This document shows, one piece after another, positions 40,118 to 50,399 of a stretch of 64,000 bases of DNA (positions are counted from its first letter, which is position 1; every line of letters begins with the position of its first letter). The DNA comes from a virus, in IMG/VR virus record IMGVR_UViG_3300048919_000265, one strand, 5' to 3'. The notes beneath the pieces are model-generated. The model made no database searches. It was not told where the DNA came from and saw only the letters and a program-made list of their open reading frames with translations. Made by a program: the position numbers and the translations under genes.

Positions 40118-40992
40118 CTACTAAAAACAACTGAAAAGAAAACACCACCATTAAATCCCCTACGTATAACCTCAGCCTGCATGCTGTCTGCTATTTGTAA
40201 GCTGGCCTCAACCAGCAACGGGTCATAGCAAACTATCAACGCTTTAACGAACATCCCGTACTTCCTAATATCTTTATAGAAACTAGGCAAATTATCTTGA
40301 TAATAAATCTCAAGACCTGGCTTGATATCTTCTATTAAATTACTAACCCAGGCTTTGTCCTCTTCTTCTAAACTTAGTATAGTGGAAGATCTACTAGTGC
40401 CATTACTTTTAACGCTACTCGCCTGCGAAACAATATTTTTGGGCTTACGTCTCTCAAAACCTAATTGTTTAATATATGCAGAATACATTGAGAAAGACAC
40501 GCCCAACCCTTGTCTTATGTCTTCACCACTTAAGCTTGAATTTCTCCACTTACCCATAAGCTTATGTTGCTGTTCCAAAGGCAATAAAACCAATGCTTTG
40601 TATGCCATAACACCATCACTATTAACATACGCGGGCTTAATATAATTATCTCGGCTATTCACCTTTGCCATACCACTAATATCATTTATCTTCACCAGCT
40701 CAGATACTTCTCCGGATTTCTGAGTAATAGAAATGGTTTTATACCTGTTCGTGTTATTATCTAGTTCTTTACCTGAAACAACTCCCAACTTCGCGCATAA
40801 ATACTGATACTCTATAACCTCAATTCCTAGCTCCGAGGCAACTTCTTCCTCTGTCAAATCAAGTCCCATGTATAACTCAAACATGTGTTTCTGATCCCCA
40901 TCTGGCAATCTTTTCAGGTTCTTATAGGATATAATTCCACTATAATTCAAATCTAAATCCTCTCTTCCTAACGACCTTACAAAGTAACCCAC
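40114..40992 (-). CDS. Protein with two copies of a putative HTH domain
   Basis: Two repeats Y..L..LP..xQ..L...x.....L..EE/ED....LG......Y...LG; paralog at 61879-62136. Confidence 0.65.
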   Translation of the reverse strand: MGYFVRSLGREDLDLNYSGIISYKNLKRLPDGDQKHMFELYMGLDLTEEEVASELGIEVIEYQYLCAKLGVVSGKELDNNTNRYKTISITQKSGEVSELVKINDISGMAKVNSRDNYIKPAYVNSDGVMAYKALVLLPLEQQHKLMGKWRNSSLSGEDIRQGLGVSFSMYSAYIKQLGFERRKPKNIVSQASSVKSNGTSRSSTILSLEEEDKAWVSNLIEDIKPGLEIYYQDNLPSFYKDIRKYGMFVKALIVCYDPLLVEASLQIADSMQAEVIRRGFNGGVFFSVVFSR

Positions 40993-41270
40993 CCTAATGC
41001 TTCATCCCAATATTCTATACTACAACAACCATTCTCATCGCCATACTCCTCGAGTGGTTCAAAATCACTATCGACAGAAGCATAGCCTTCAAAGCATGTC
41101 TCGCCTTCGTCATTAACAAGACGAAATTTTGAAGGCAACTGCGTCCCTTCCACATAATCTGTTGATGCTTCGTGTACAATTTTATTCTCCTGTTCATCCC
41201 TTACGACCACCCACATACCCGCTACCGCCTTTATTTTTGATTTTCTAATTTCCCGAAAGAAGCCAATCAA
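40977..41270 (-). CDS. Hypothetical protein
   Basis: FRLVNDEGETCFEGY...FEPLEEYG..GC..IEY pattern. Confidence 0.55.
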   Translation of the reverse strand: MIGFFREIRKSKIKAVAGMWVVVRDEQENKIVHEASTDYVEGTQLPSKFRLVNDEGETCFEGYASVDSDFEPLEEYGDENGCCSIEYWDEALGWVTL

Positions 41271-41464
41271 ATCTTACTTCTCGTACTTCTGACTTATCGA
41301 CCTTTTCTCCACTGACACCAGTAACCAATACAGCCTTGACAAATCCTCCAACATCAGGATCAGTTAACACGCTCCACATACGACCTAAGGAGTCTTTATA
41401 TTTTTCCAAAACAAATCTATTCCCTTCATCACTTAATCATCATATGATATAAAATAATTTCCAA
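41245..41464 (-). pseudogene. Frameshifted small gene remnant
   Basis: TTG start and downstream open frame differ by 1 nt. Confidence 0.3.
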
Positions 41465-41471
41465 ACCAACC

Positions 41472-41951
41472 TTAATTATCTGCTCCTTCACTCAGCAAAA
41501 TTGCATATAAGTCACTACATTCAGAGAATAAACCCCACATTCCCTTTTCCTTATACAACGTTAAAACATCGGCTCCACTAGAAAATCCTGATAATCTACC
41601 ACTATCTTCGAATCGGTCATGCCTTGATATAAATTCCACTAAATCTGAATTACTCTCCAGATACAAAAACCATAAAAGATAGAACCAATCCTTTGCGTGT
41701 GACGGTGAAAACCTTTTCCCAAAGATCTCTAAATGCGTGACACGCTGAGCATACAATCTGCCTCCCGATAGCCAATCATATCTACCCAAGGGTGCTTTAT
41801 TGCCGGATCGTAAAGCCATAAAATACCATTCGTGTATAGCCTTTGTTTCCGTATACAGCATCACGGCTGCTGTAGAAGAAGAAACACAAGGAGGCCCTAA
41901 ATCACTGCACTCCAACAACTTTCCATATCTAACCTTCATAATACCTCCCAT
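41472..41951 (-). CDS. Divergent NADAR-like (DarT1-associated antitoxin-like) protein
   Basis: LLECS..G, IHEWY, WFYLLWFLYLESN.DL.....DRFED resemble the family pattern; recalled by eye only. Confidence 0.4.
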   Translation of the reverse strand: MGGIMKVRYGKLLECSDLGPPCVSSSTAAVMLYTETKAIHEWYFMALRSGNKAPLGRYDWLSGGRLYAQRVTHLEIFGKRFSPSHAKDWFYLLWFLYLESNSDLVEFISRHDRFEDSGRLSGFSSGADVLTLYKEKGMWGLFSECSDLYAILLSEGADN

Positions 41952-41964
41952 ATGTAGCTATTGA

Positions 41965-42192
41965 CTATTTACGACTAAAATGTAAAACATCAATGTACTT
42001 ACCAATCAAATGCATCACAAACTCTCGTGTACAATTTTCCCAATCCCTACGTTTAGACAAACTCTTCCAATAAAGCTTCCTCTGATACCCAGTACTGCTC
42101 CTACGAATCCTTATATTGTAATCAGGAGTAACTATCTTTATCTCGTTAAATCCTTTAAACTGTAATATTTCGGCTTCACCGCTCAAGTTCAT
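41965..42192 (-). CDS. Hypothetical protein
   Basis: Overlapping-stop packing. Confidence 0.55.
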   Translation of the reverse strand: MNLSGEAEILQFKGFNEIKIVTPDYNIRIRRSSTGYQRKLYWKSLSKRRDWENCTREFVMHLIGKYIDVLHFSRK

Positions 42193-42803
42193 CTTTCCCT
42201 TCGCAATAGATTCTCCAAGAACTCTTTCATCTCCATTCTAACTTCATCCGGCATTATACGACTTTCCCTTCGCAAAGCTGCGATAACTTCTGCCCTAGTC
42301 CCCGCGATAAGATTGTGATACACCATGTCATTGGTTGAATCATAAACCATTTTATGGCCAGATTTAGACTCCACATTATAAATGTTAAGACCGAGAATAT
42401 TTAGTATTTTTAAATCAACTAGTCCGTTACTTGAAAAATAAACTTCTTCGAACTCCACACTTTGCAACAAACCTCTAGCGAAACTATTGCCTATAACATC
42501 ACAGTCAGAAAAGCTTACTTCACTAAACTTACTTGTGATAAATTGACTGTCTTCTATAAAACAATTAATAAAATCTGTCCTAAATATTTCACTCCCTGAG
42601 AAGTTCATATTATTAAAGTCACAGCCCTCAAAAACACAACCACTTATTAATATATCCTTGGCGGTACAAGAAATGAAAACACAATTAAAAAAGTACAGCC
42701 CTGCCAATTCAGGAAAGTTTACGCTGGTAAACTCACACTCTTCTATGGACTTACTGTTCACTTGCAAAAGGGATAATAATTCACCATCCACCACCCTGCG
42801 CAA
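42189..42803 (-). CDS. Pentapeptide-repeat protein
   Basis: Runs of [CS]xF[ST]xx pentamers. Confidence 0.85.
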   Translation of the reverse strand: MRRVVDGELLSLLQVNSKSIEECEFTSVNFPELAGLYFFNCVFISCTAKDILISGCVFEGCDFNNMNFSGSEIFRTDFINCFIEDSQFITSKFSEVSFSDCDVIGNSFARGLLQSVEFEEVYFSSNGLVDLKILNILGLNIYNVESKSGHKMVYDSTNDMVYHNLIAGTRAEVIAALRRESRIMPDEVRMEMKEFLENLLRRER

Positions 42804-42823
42804 AGCATCAACTCCTCTTTACT

Positions 42824-43096
42824 TCAAGTGCCGTTATTTAATTCCTCTCTAGCTTTCCGAAGTAATTCATAGATAAGTGCTTCTTTAGTAATAAAGCCAC
42901 CACATTCTTTTCCTGTAAGAATGTAATACATCACTTGTAAATCCAATAAATTACAAGTCTGATTCATCACAACTTTTGTATTGTTATTAATAGCCGTAGC
43001 CACTTTACGTCGATCGAGCAATAATTTATGGTTAATTCTTAAACCTCCGGCATTCTTCCCTTGCCTTATCATTTCTACAATCTGTGCTACTGACAT
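42824..43096 (-). CDS. Hypothetical protein
   Basis: Co-oriented. Confidence 0.6.
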   Translation of the reverse strand: MSVAQIVEMIRQGKNAGGLRINHKLLLDRRKVATAINNNTKVVMNQTCNLLDLQVMYYILTGKECGGFITKEALIYELLRKAREELNNGT

Positions 43097-43105
43097 AATA
43101 TCCCC

Positions 43106-43378
43106 CTAAGCTATGCCATCCAACCGAACCAACCCCGGCATCGTTAACGCAAACACATAATCACAGCACAACACTATCCATGCACCATCAGAACTAACTC
43201 CAACTTCAAATTGATTAATTTCATCAAACTCTATAAGATTTACTAGGTCCAATGCTGTCATTTCCTCTTCCTTTGGATACAAGAAAAACGTAACTTCCGA
43301 CAACTTTATAGGCAAACTGAGTAAAGCGTCTGTTAATTTCATCCTTATTACCTCCATTAGGGTTGCAGATCTACCCAT
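43106..43378 (-). CDS. Hypothetical protein
   Basis: Co-oriented. Confidence 0.55.
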   Translation of the reverse strand: MGRSATLMEVIRMKLTDALLSLPIKLSEVTFFLYPKEEEMTALDLVNLIEFDEINQFEVGVSSDGAWIVLCCDYVFALTMPGLVRLDGIA

Positions 43379-43404
43379 ACAACCCGACTGTTTTAGACTA
43401 AAAT

Positions 43405-43605
43405 CTACCCTTCATCTCCCGTGCCTTTCCATAATGGCACAAGATCTATTAGTTCAACATACTTTCGCTTCTCCAAGGTTTCATAAAATACTTCAATATT
43501 GGCTGATAACTCCCCATCTTCATTCAGCACATTTATAGAGGCATCATCCGGAACATCATTCAACAATTCCATCAACTTACCCTTAGTCAGTGGGCCACTA
43601 TACAT
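43405..43605 (-). CDS. Hypothetical protein
   Basis: LMELLNDVPDDA.I pattern common in phage proteins. Confidence 0.55.
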   Translation of the reverse strand: MYSGPLTKGKLMELLNDVPDDASINVLNEDGELSANIEVFYETLEKRKYVELIDLVPLWKGTGDEG

Positions 43606-43813
43606 TATTATTCAACCCCAATTCCTGTTTCATCCACCGAAACAGTGCGTCCCCAACTTCCGTATCTCCCCATCCCCATTGATCAGCCAGTAATTTTATG
43701 TCTTCGGGAACTTTAGAAACCATGCGCAAAACTTCTACTCTACTAGGGACTTCATTCCGTAAATCAACATACGTATCATGTATTTGATCTTCCATAGTAT
43801 ACGTCCAACTCAT
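43598..43813 (-). CDS. Hypothetical protein
   Basis: Co-oriented, overlaps the next gene. Confidence 0.6.
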   Translation of the reverse strand: MSWTYTMEDQIHDTYVDLRNEVPSRVEVLRMVSKVPEDIKLLADQWGWGDTEVGDALFRWMKQELGLNNNV

Positions 43814-43868
43814 TCTTTAACCTCGCCTTATCATTAATTTTATAAAGTATGTAGGCCTAATGATGTAA

Positions 43869-44126
43869 TTAAGCGGTGCCTAATTCCTGTGGCACAGAAC
43901 GCACTATATTCTTCTTGTATTCCTTTATTAAGAAATTTATAGCTTTATCCCCTTTAGATTGAAACATACCTACTTCGACTAATACATAACTCGATTTCCC
44001 TGTCGATCCTGTAACTTTATACCAAACACCTTTCCTGTCTCCTTTACCTCCCATCTGCAACAATTGAGCTACACCACTAAAACCAGGAAATGCTTTAGAC
44101 CTCAGTCTAATTTCTTTTGGAAACAT
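43869..44126 (-). CDS. Hypothetical protein
   Basis: GAGGA SD. Confidence 0.6.
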   Translation of the reverse strand: MFPKEIRLRSKAFPGFSGVAQLLQMGGKGDRKGVWYKVTGSTGKSSYVLVEVGMFQSKGDKAINFLIKEYKKNIVRSVPQELGTA

Positions 44127-44274
44127 TTTTTAGTACCATCCTCTCATTCTTGAATCTCATATTTATATAATAACAAAACCCATAGCATAAAGGTTTCAAA
44201 AATCCTCTATTTAACTATGGGTTATTGATTTCTAACTAACTATTTGACTTTAATCAGAAGCATAAGAAATTTTA

Positions 44275-45102
44275 TCAGGCTAGTTTCCTAAACTGACCCA
44301 TAACTTCCATGGTTTGTGAAATGTTAACGAATGCTTCAGGATCAACCTCCTTAATGATCTCTTTCACTTCATTAAGTTCATATCTTGTAGTAACAGTCAT
44401 AATCATATCCTTCTCAATTCCTGAAAGTCCACCTTCCGCTTTTATCTTAGTTATTCCGCGAGGAGGCAAATTCAATAATCTCTTAGTTAAGTCTGCAGAT
44501 TTGTCTGTTACTATATACAAAGTGACTTTTGTATTAGCAACATAAATACTGTCAATAATCTTACCTGTCAAGAAAATACAAATAGCCGAGTTCAAAGCTG
44601 AATTCCAATCGTGCGATAAATAGCCAATCGCCACCACTACTGTTAGATTCAAAGCATTGACAACAGTGCCAACGGGAAATTCCCTTCTCCGACTAATGAT
44701 TGATGCAATAACATCAAAACCTCCTGTGCATCCTCCTGCTTTAAAAGCAAGTCCACTACCAATACCAACAAATACTCCTCCGAAAACTGCCGAAAGCATT
44801 GAATCCGTCGCTACAACTTCCACCGGCACAATCATCAGTAGCAGTGTTGTGCTTATCACAGACCATAGAGTCATAACTATAAATTTTCTACCAACCAAAA
44901 ACCAACCCAATATCAATAAAGGTAAATTAAGTGCAAAGTAAGTAGTGCTTTGACTAAATGGAGTGAAATATCCTAAAATCATAGATATTCCTGATACTCC
45001 TCCACTCAACATTTGATGTGGTATAAGAAACATGTTAAATCCGATTGCAACGATGAGTGAACTAACCAGCATCATCCCCACATCATATAACCTCTTAAAC
45101 AA
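44275..45102 (-). CDS. YitT family membrane protein (DUF161 + DUF2179)
   Basis: LSGGVSGI, NLPLL, GGCTGGFDV, DPEAFV motifs. Confidence 0.92.
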   Translation of the reverse strand: MFKRLYDVGMMLVSSLIVAIGFNMFLIPHQMLSGGVSGISMILGYFTPFSQSTTYFALNLPLLILGWFLVGRKFIVMTLWSVISTTLLLMIVPVEVVATDSMLSAVFGGVFVGIGSGLAFKAGGCTGGFDVIASIISRRREFPVGTVVNALNLTVVVAIGYLSHDWNSALNSAICIFLTGKIIDSIYVANTKVTLYIVTDKSADLTKRLLNLPPRGITKIKAEGGLSGIEKDMIMTVTTRYELNEVKEIIKEVDPEAFVNISQTMEVMGQFRKLA

Positions 45103-45115
45103 GACAATTCATCCC

Positions 45116-45427
45116 CTAATCCATAATAGCTCCAACAATAACATTCCCCTGCACTTCAATTGTGGCAGTCCTGTTTGGTTGTAAATACTCCCAAATCTCT
45201 TCATTAACTAAATACTTATTCATGCCTATTTGTATATAGTACTCAGTAGACCAACCACTAGTAACAGGAACCACCATACCACTAGGATAAACCATCATAC
45301 TACTGACAGGCACTTCTTCTACTGTCTTGTTGATAACCATGCCTGCATAATAGTTAGGCTCAGGTGAATAATTGCAACCTGTAATAACCACTAATAAGAC
45401 TAATGTCACAATGTTCACTGCTTTCAA
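45116..45427 (-). CDS. Putative lipoprotein
   Basis: LVVITG-C lipobox. Confidence 0.7.
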   Translation of the reverse strand: MKAVNIVTLVLLVVITGCNYSPEPNYYAGMVINKTVEEVPVSSMMVYPSGMVVPVTSGWSTEYYIQIGMNKYLVNEEIWEYLQPNRTATIEVQGNVIVGAIMD

Positions 45428-45432
45428 TCATA

Positions 45433-46164
45433 TCACACCTCGGCTATAAGTGTAGTCAATTTATACTCATCAGTAGTCATAATAATCAAACTACGATTCT
45501 TCTTTTTAGCATACTCTATACAATTATAGGTTCCTCCTGTCTTCCCATTAAAGAATGCCAGACCTAAGGCAGCCATATCCACCATGGCTTTATTCCTCAT
45601 ATCCAACTTTGCAACATGATGGATACCCACTTCTTGTCTACCCACTTTATATTTTTCTAATTCATCCACATAAATTACATAATCTGAACGAGCTATCATT
45701 CCTAAATATTCAACAACCGATTTCCTTCCCCAAAAATCCTTGGTAGTACTTAAAAATGTTTCAAACCATGATCCTAAACTTGGATATAACTCTTTATTCC
45801 TGCTAGAACACGCTTGTTTAACATTTCCTTGAACCCATGCTAATGGTTGATTTTCATAAGGAATAGCTAGTATCAACACTATATCTTGATATTTTTCTTT
45901 TACCTCATAAGCGGCGTAAAATGCCATCTTATCAAATCCAAGGGCTCCACCAAAAATAAATCGACGCATCCCAACATTCAAATAACAATACTCTATAACT
46001 TGTTTAGTTCTGTGAACAATCTCAATAAATTTAGGATTATCCCTATCGTAGGGTTTACCTGGCAGGTCTTTAGGTCGATGCCCTGTAAAAAACATAGTTT
46101 GAGAAATGAGATCCTTACCGAGCACATCTTCCCATACTTTCGACGATTCCCCAATATGATACAA
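45433..46164 (-). CDS. SLOG/YspA (DUF1273) family protein
   Basis: FTGHRP, GGALGFD, AIPYENQ, RNKAMVD, GGTYNCIEYA. Confidence 0.9.
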   Translation of the reverse strand: MYHIGESSKVWEDVLGKDLISQTMFFTGHRPKDLPGKPYDRDNPKFIEIVHRTKQVIEYCYLNVGMRRFIFGGALGFDKMAFYAAYEVKEKYQDIVLILAIPYENQPLAWVQGNVKQACSSRNKELYPSLGSWFETFLSTTKDFWGRKSVVEYLGMIARSDYVIYVDELEKYKVGRQEVGIHHVAKLDMRNKAMVDMAALGLAFFNGKTGGTYNCIEYAKKKNRSLIIMTTDEYKLTTLIAEV

Positions 46165-46186
46165 AATATCAGCTCCTTATATGTAC

Positions 46187-46218
46187 AGTGAGGTGACCTA
46201 TACCAGCATCACCTCACT
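46187..46218. other. Intergenic inverted repeat (10 bp)
   Basis: agtgaggtga...tcacctcact. Confidence 0.6.
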
Positions 46219-46235
46219 AATTTCTACATACACTA

Positions 46236-46952
46236 TCACACAACGAGACTTTCCTCCCGACAACCAACCTTATATTGTTGTAATGCCCCAACAACCTGGC
46301 GTAAAACTTCAAATTCTAATCTGTTTTTGATTAACTTACCTGACATCAGAACTTTAGTAAAGTCATCTAAACTTCCGATGAAGTCACTAAACCAAACAAG
46401 ATCTGATTTTAAATTAAAAACCAACGATTGAGCCTCGTCTCCAATTCCACTGAAAGTAAATAATGGCAAATGAACAGCCCCATCTGCTATCACTCTAGAG
46501 AAATTACAGCCTCTTTCACTAGCGTTGAAGAAATTCAATCCGGTTAATCTACTTCCCTCAAAATCGATATCAATAAAATCACTTCCATTTAAAACAGCCT
46601 TGTTAAGATCAACCATTTTAAAAATGCAACAAATAAATTTACAAAACCTTAAATAAGAATCTCGCATATTACTACCCGTAAAATCACATTCACTAAAACT
46701 TGAAGCTCTCCAATCCACTCCAACAAAATTACTCTCCGAAAAATTACAATTAACAAAATTGCAGCTATGAAAAATACTTTTCCTTAAATCTACATTACTA
46801 AAATCCACACCTGTAAAATCTTCATCCTGAACTACTAACCTTTTACCCTTAACATCCCCACTCAACCATAGTTGATGCAACTTAATCGTCCCTTTAAGTT
46901 TGCTCGATCCTTTCATACTACCCCTCCTCTTCAACCTACTTTTATATAACAC
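46236..46952 (-). CDS. Pentapeptide-repeat protein
   Basis: DFTGV DFSNV DLRKS ... pentamers. Confidence 0.9.
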   Translation of the reverse strand: MLYKSRLKRRGSMKGSSKLKGTIKLHQLWLSGDVKGKRLVVQDEDFTGVDFSNVDLRKSIFHSCNFVNCNFSESNFVGVDWRASSFSECDFTGSNMRDSYLRFCKFICCIFKMVDLNKAVLNGSDFIDIDFEGSRLTGLNFFNASERGCNFSRVIADGAVHLPLFTFSGIGDEAQSLVFNLKSDLVWFSDFIGSLDDFTKVLMSGKLIKNRLEFEVLRQVVGALQQYKVGCREESLVV

Positions 46953-46982
46953 TAATATAAGTCCATAAATGGTTGTTAATTT

Positions 46983-47390
46983 TCAATAAATAAGACATTT
47001 AAATGAAAACGCGGTAGGATCATCCAAATTGCTCATTATATTATCTATCCTATTAGAAACTTCTCGGGCTTCTGTCTTACTATCGAGGATGAGAAACACT
47101 CTTTCCACGGCCTTCAAGTTCTCTAATAATTCATTCAAACTATTAACTTTATCTGTAGTATTCAAAGCAGTTATACTAAAGGGTGTTATTGCTATACAGT
47201 TACTTCTATGTTGATAAGTAGTAACTAAATGTGTTTTGGAAAGAATCTCCCCATCTGACATAAATAATTTCAAAAATTTCCTTGTCTGTTTATCACATAA
47301 ATATGAATACTCTTTAGTTCTTTTTGCTATAGCTACACTATCAGTACTAAGGGTGGTACGAGTAATATAATCTTCAAATTCGTGATTCAA
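46983..47390 (-). CDS. Hypothetical protein
   Basis: Tightly packed. Confidence 0.6.
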   Translation of the reverse strand: MNHEFEDYITRTTLSTDSVAIAKRTKEYSYLCDKQTRKFLKLFMSDGEILSKTHLVTTYQHRSNCIAITPFSITALNTTDKVNSLNELLENLKAVERVFLILDSKTEAREVSNRIDNIMSNLDDPTAFSFKCLIY

Positions 47391-47391
47391 C

Positions 47392-47886
47392 TCATTTACC
47401 TCCTCCCTTCTTATACCGCTTTCGTAAAACGTACTTATAAATATAACACATAAGAATGCAACTAATTCCTGCTAACTGAATTTTAAACATCTCGGAAATA
47501 TCTAGTTGAAAACTTCTGTAAATAGAATAACCGCAATAACCCAGTGCCAACAGTCGCACGACAAATAACCATCTAATTACTATTTCTATTTTATTATTAT
47601 ATTTGATATCTAGACTAGGGTCACCTAAGCTGCTAATCATACCGCCAATTACACAGACTATTAAGATCAACAGCTCATAAAATAACAAATCTTTATTATC
47701 TTTAATTCCAAGTATTAATATGGGTATAACTAAAACAGGGAAGAATACAACATAACACCACAATAAAGTTACCAATCCCTGCTTAGTTTTGTTAAACTGA
47801 TTTGTGGCCCAGATCTTTACAATATTCTTCTTTGTCTTCCTTTTAATGCTACCAACTCCCTCATACTGTTCCCTTCCTCTTATCAT
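47392..47886 (-). CDS. Four-TM membrane protein
   Basis: Hydrophobic segments. Confidence 0.6.
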   Translation of the reverse strand: MIRGREQYEGVGSIKRKTKKNIVKIWATNQFNKTKQGLVTLLWCYVVFFPVLVIPILILGIKDNKDLLFYELLILIVCVIGGMISSLGDPSLDIKYNNKIEIVIRWLFVVRLLALGYCGYSIYRSFQLDISEMFKIQLAGISCILMCYIYKYVLRKRYKKGGGK

Positions 47887-48109
47887 AGATTAACTTCAAA
47901 CATTCCCGCGAAAAAGAAGGATAATGCGTCATAGTGATCAATTCTGATAATTCCTCTAACTCTAACTTATCACAGAGTGTATTTAAGCTTTCCGCCAACT
48001 GAACCTGCTTTCTTCCTATGTAAGTGCAACCTTCGCGCTTACTTGCTTCCTTAGACAACACCTTCGTTTCCTGTGAAAAACAATTGAGATAATGTAAACT
48101 TCCAGACAT
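47861..48109 (-). CDS. Hypothetical protein
   Basis: GGAGG SD. Confidence 0.6.
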   Translation of the reverse strand: MSGSLHYLNCFSQETKVLSKEASKREGCTYIGRKQVQLAESLNTLCDKLELEELSELITMTHYPSFSRECLKLIYDKRKGTV

Positions 48110-48173
48110 TATCTAACCTCCTGTCTCGAACTCTGTGATGCAACTACCCACTAATTAAAACTAGACACCATGT

Positions 48174-48215
48174 GAATTAGGGTTCAGGCACTTTCTCCAG
48201 CCTGAACCCTAATTC
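48174..48215. other. 16-bp perfect inverted repeat (terminator-like or stabilising hairpin)
   Basis: gaattagggttcaggc-10 nt-gcctgaaccctaattc right after the 48219 stop. Confidence 0.75.
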
Positions 48216-48218
48216 TAC

Positions 48219-48611
48219 TTATTTGACTCGTACAACTGATATTTTATTATCATCCGGAATAATCTCCATAACCTTTAAAACCATTCCATTATTCAGTAAT
48301 ACTTCCCTACCGACTTTAACATTATAAGTATAACGATAAGACTCGTCAGTTCGAACCCTATTAATGACTATGATTGAATTTGAAGTCACTTTAGCTAGTC
48401 TTTGATCTCCTGCCAAATCATAACCAACTCTCCAAGTCAACGGATTATTCAGACCAACCTTAATATCTTCACCATTGAAGAAGGCTGTAGCATTTTCAGA
48501 CACCGAATCTACAGTGGGAACTTCTTCGCTTGTCTCCGTCTTATTAATTCCGCAACCTGTAGCTAGCAATAAAGCTAACACTGGAAAAATTAACTTATTC
48601 ATGAAAATCAC
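48219..48611 (-). CDS. Putative lipoprotein
   Basis: LLLATG-C lipobox. Confidence 0.75.
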   Translation of the reverse strand: MIFMNKLIFPVLALLLATGCGINKTETSEEVPTVDSVSENATAFFNGEDIKVGLNNPLTWRVGYDLAGDQRLAKVTSNSIIVINRVRTDESYRYTYNVKVGREVLLNNGMVLKVMEIIPDDNKISVVRVK

Positions 48612-48673
48612 CTACATGTCTAACATCAAGTTTGCTAAGTTTACACTTCGTCCCGCAAACCTCATTGCTTGTA

Positions 48674-48918
48674 TCAATAATCTTTCCAACCGCTAGAATC
48701 TATAAACTCACTGTGTGAGTAAACATTCTCGTCATCAAGCTTAACTGTCACAACGGCGTATGTCGTTTCCCATCTGCCCACATGATCTATTTATATCTGT
48801 ATCTCACCTGACTGAAATAAATCTTTTAAAAGAACTTTTAATTTCTTTTTCTCTGATTAACGTTCTTCCCAATCATAATCATCTTCGTGTTCTTCAGAGA
48901 AATCATCTAGTTGATCCA
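48674..48918 (-). pseudogene. Multiply disrupted gene remnant (MDQLDDFSEE...)
   Basis: GGAG SD, ATG, coding-like fragments in several frames. Confidence 0.3.
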
Positions 48919-48934
48919 TTTTTTTGACACTCCT

Positions 48935-49687
48935 TTAAAAAGACTTCATCTCAGACAATGAACTAACGTCACGTGAAACTAGTTTGAGACTACCATCTAT
49001 TATTGCAAAACTCATCCCTTTTGGAGCCTCTATACCCCATCTCTGCCAATCAAGAGTCTCCATCACTCTATTACCCTTTAAATCAAATATTGCCTTACCC
49101 TCATCAAAACAATAACCATTCTCCCAATCCCCTCCAGAGATCTTATATCTACAAGTCTCTAATGCTTGAAATCTTTGTGAAGAATTCTTCGAAGATATGA
49201 TCTCATTAACAGACTTCGGGGCTAATCTACTCCTATTAGGTACTCCAACAGAGTTAAGAATCTCCTCGGACAACTCTTTACCTGCTGCAAAAGTAGAAAG
49301 GATAAGCTGGGATTTTGGTTCCCTTTCCTGCACTTTGCGGATCTCGGGAACCTCAATAGAGTCCAAACGACCAGCCGGCGTGTCCACTACTTTAATAGAA
49401 GAATGTCCTTTAGAAAACCACCCAACTTCTTCACATTTCTTAGCAAGAAATGCATCTATTGCAGTGGGGTATCCGAAGGGATACCCCAAGTCTCCATACT
49501 TCACACATGTCTCTGGATCAGCAGAACCCGTATAGTACTTGGTATGAAATTCATGGGACCATTCTTCTATTTTCGCACACATATCAGTGGAAGAGATATC
49601 AAGAGCTTGGAAGTCAATTCTACCCCGCTCCATATACGTACCAACATTCATTGCCATTTGTGCGATATTCTCTATGTGTTTATCCAT
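48935..49687 (-). CDS. Hypothetical protein ending LSEMKSF
   Basis: GGAGG SD, 250 aa. Confidence 0.8.
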   Translation of the reverse strand: MDKHIENIAQMAMNVGTYMERGRIDFQALDISSTDMCAKIEEWSHEFHTKYYTGSADPETCVKYGDLGYPFGYPTAIDAFLAKKCEEVGWFSKGHSSIKVVDTPAGRLDSIEVPEIRKVQEREPKSQLILSTFAAGKELSEEILNSVGVPNRSRLAPKSVNEIISSKNSSQRFQALETCRYKISGGDWENGYCFDEGKAIFDLKGNRVMETLDWQRWGIEAPKGMSFAIIDGSLKLVSRDVSSLSEMKSF

Positions 49688-49726
49688 TTGCTAGCCTCCT
49701 TATATTACACTTAATAATTGATTCCA

Positions 49727-50299
49727 CTACTTTAGCATTTCAATAACTCGATCTTCTGTAAGGATCTCGCCTTCAACATAACCGAGTCCAGCAAAGTTAA
49801 CAATAGCAAAATCCTCAGGTTCAACAACTTTACCATTATGAAGTAATTTTTGAGTTAACGATTTTCCGTTCGAAGCAAGTTTCGCTGTAACAATATAAGT
49901 GCCTTGCTTAACCTTAGACCATTCCTTCTCTAATCCTTCAATTTTACCTCCACAATATACGGTAACTAGTGTGAAGAAAAGACTCACATCAACCAGAATA
50001 TAGTGTAGCTCTGTATCGTTATCATTAAATTTTAGAACTTTGTTAAATTCCGCAGCAGCGCTAATATCTTCGTAATTAACCGCAAAAGAATCCTTTGGGA
50101 GACTCATAATTACTCTACCTTGTGTATTACCTTCTACAAATGCTATCAATCTACCGTGCTCTTGATTGAACTTCACAAACTTATCGTAACTCTCTTTAGC
50201 GGCCGACCCTTCAGAGGTATTTAGTTTTCCATTAGGATCTAGTGCCGATTTAAGATCATCGAAAAAGTCCATCTTCATAGTTATATCTCCTCTATACAA
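49727..50299 (-). CDS. Hypothetical protein
   Basis: Co-oriented ORF. Confidence 0.7.
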   Translation of the reverse strand: MYRGDITMKMDFFDDLKSALDPNGKLNTSEGSAAKESYDKFVKFNQEHGRLIAFVEGNTQGRVIMSLPKDSFAVNYEDISAAAEFNKVLKFNDNDTELHYILVDVSLFFTLVTVYCGGKIEGLEKEWSKVKQGTYIVTAKLASNGKSLTQKLLHNGKVVEPEDFAIVNFAGLGYVEGEILTEDRVIEMLK

Positions 50300-50399
50300 A
50301 TTGTAATAACAATGATTTATAAATACAGTAGGGCATCAAAAATGGTTTCCACATACCTCTTTATAGCTCAACTATCTCTGCTCTACTTACGTTTAACCA

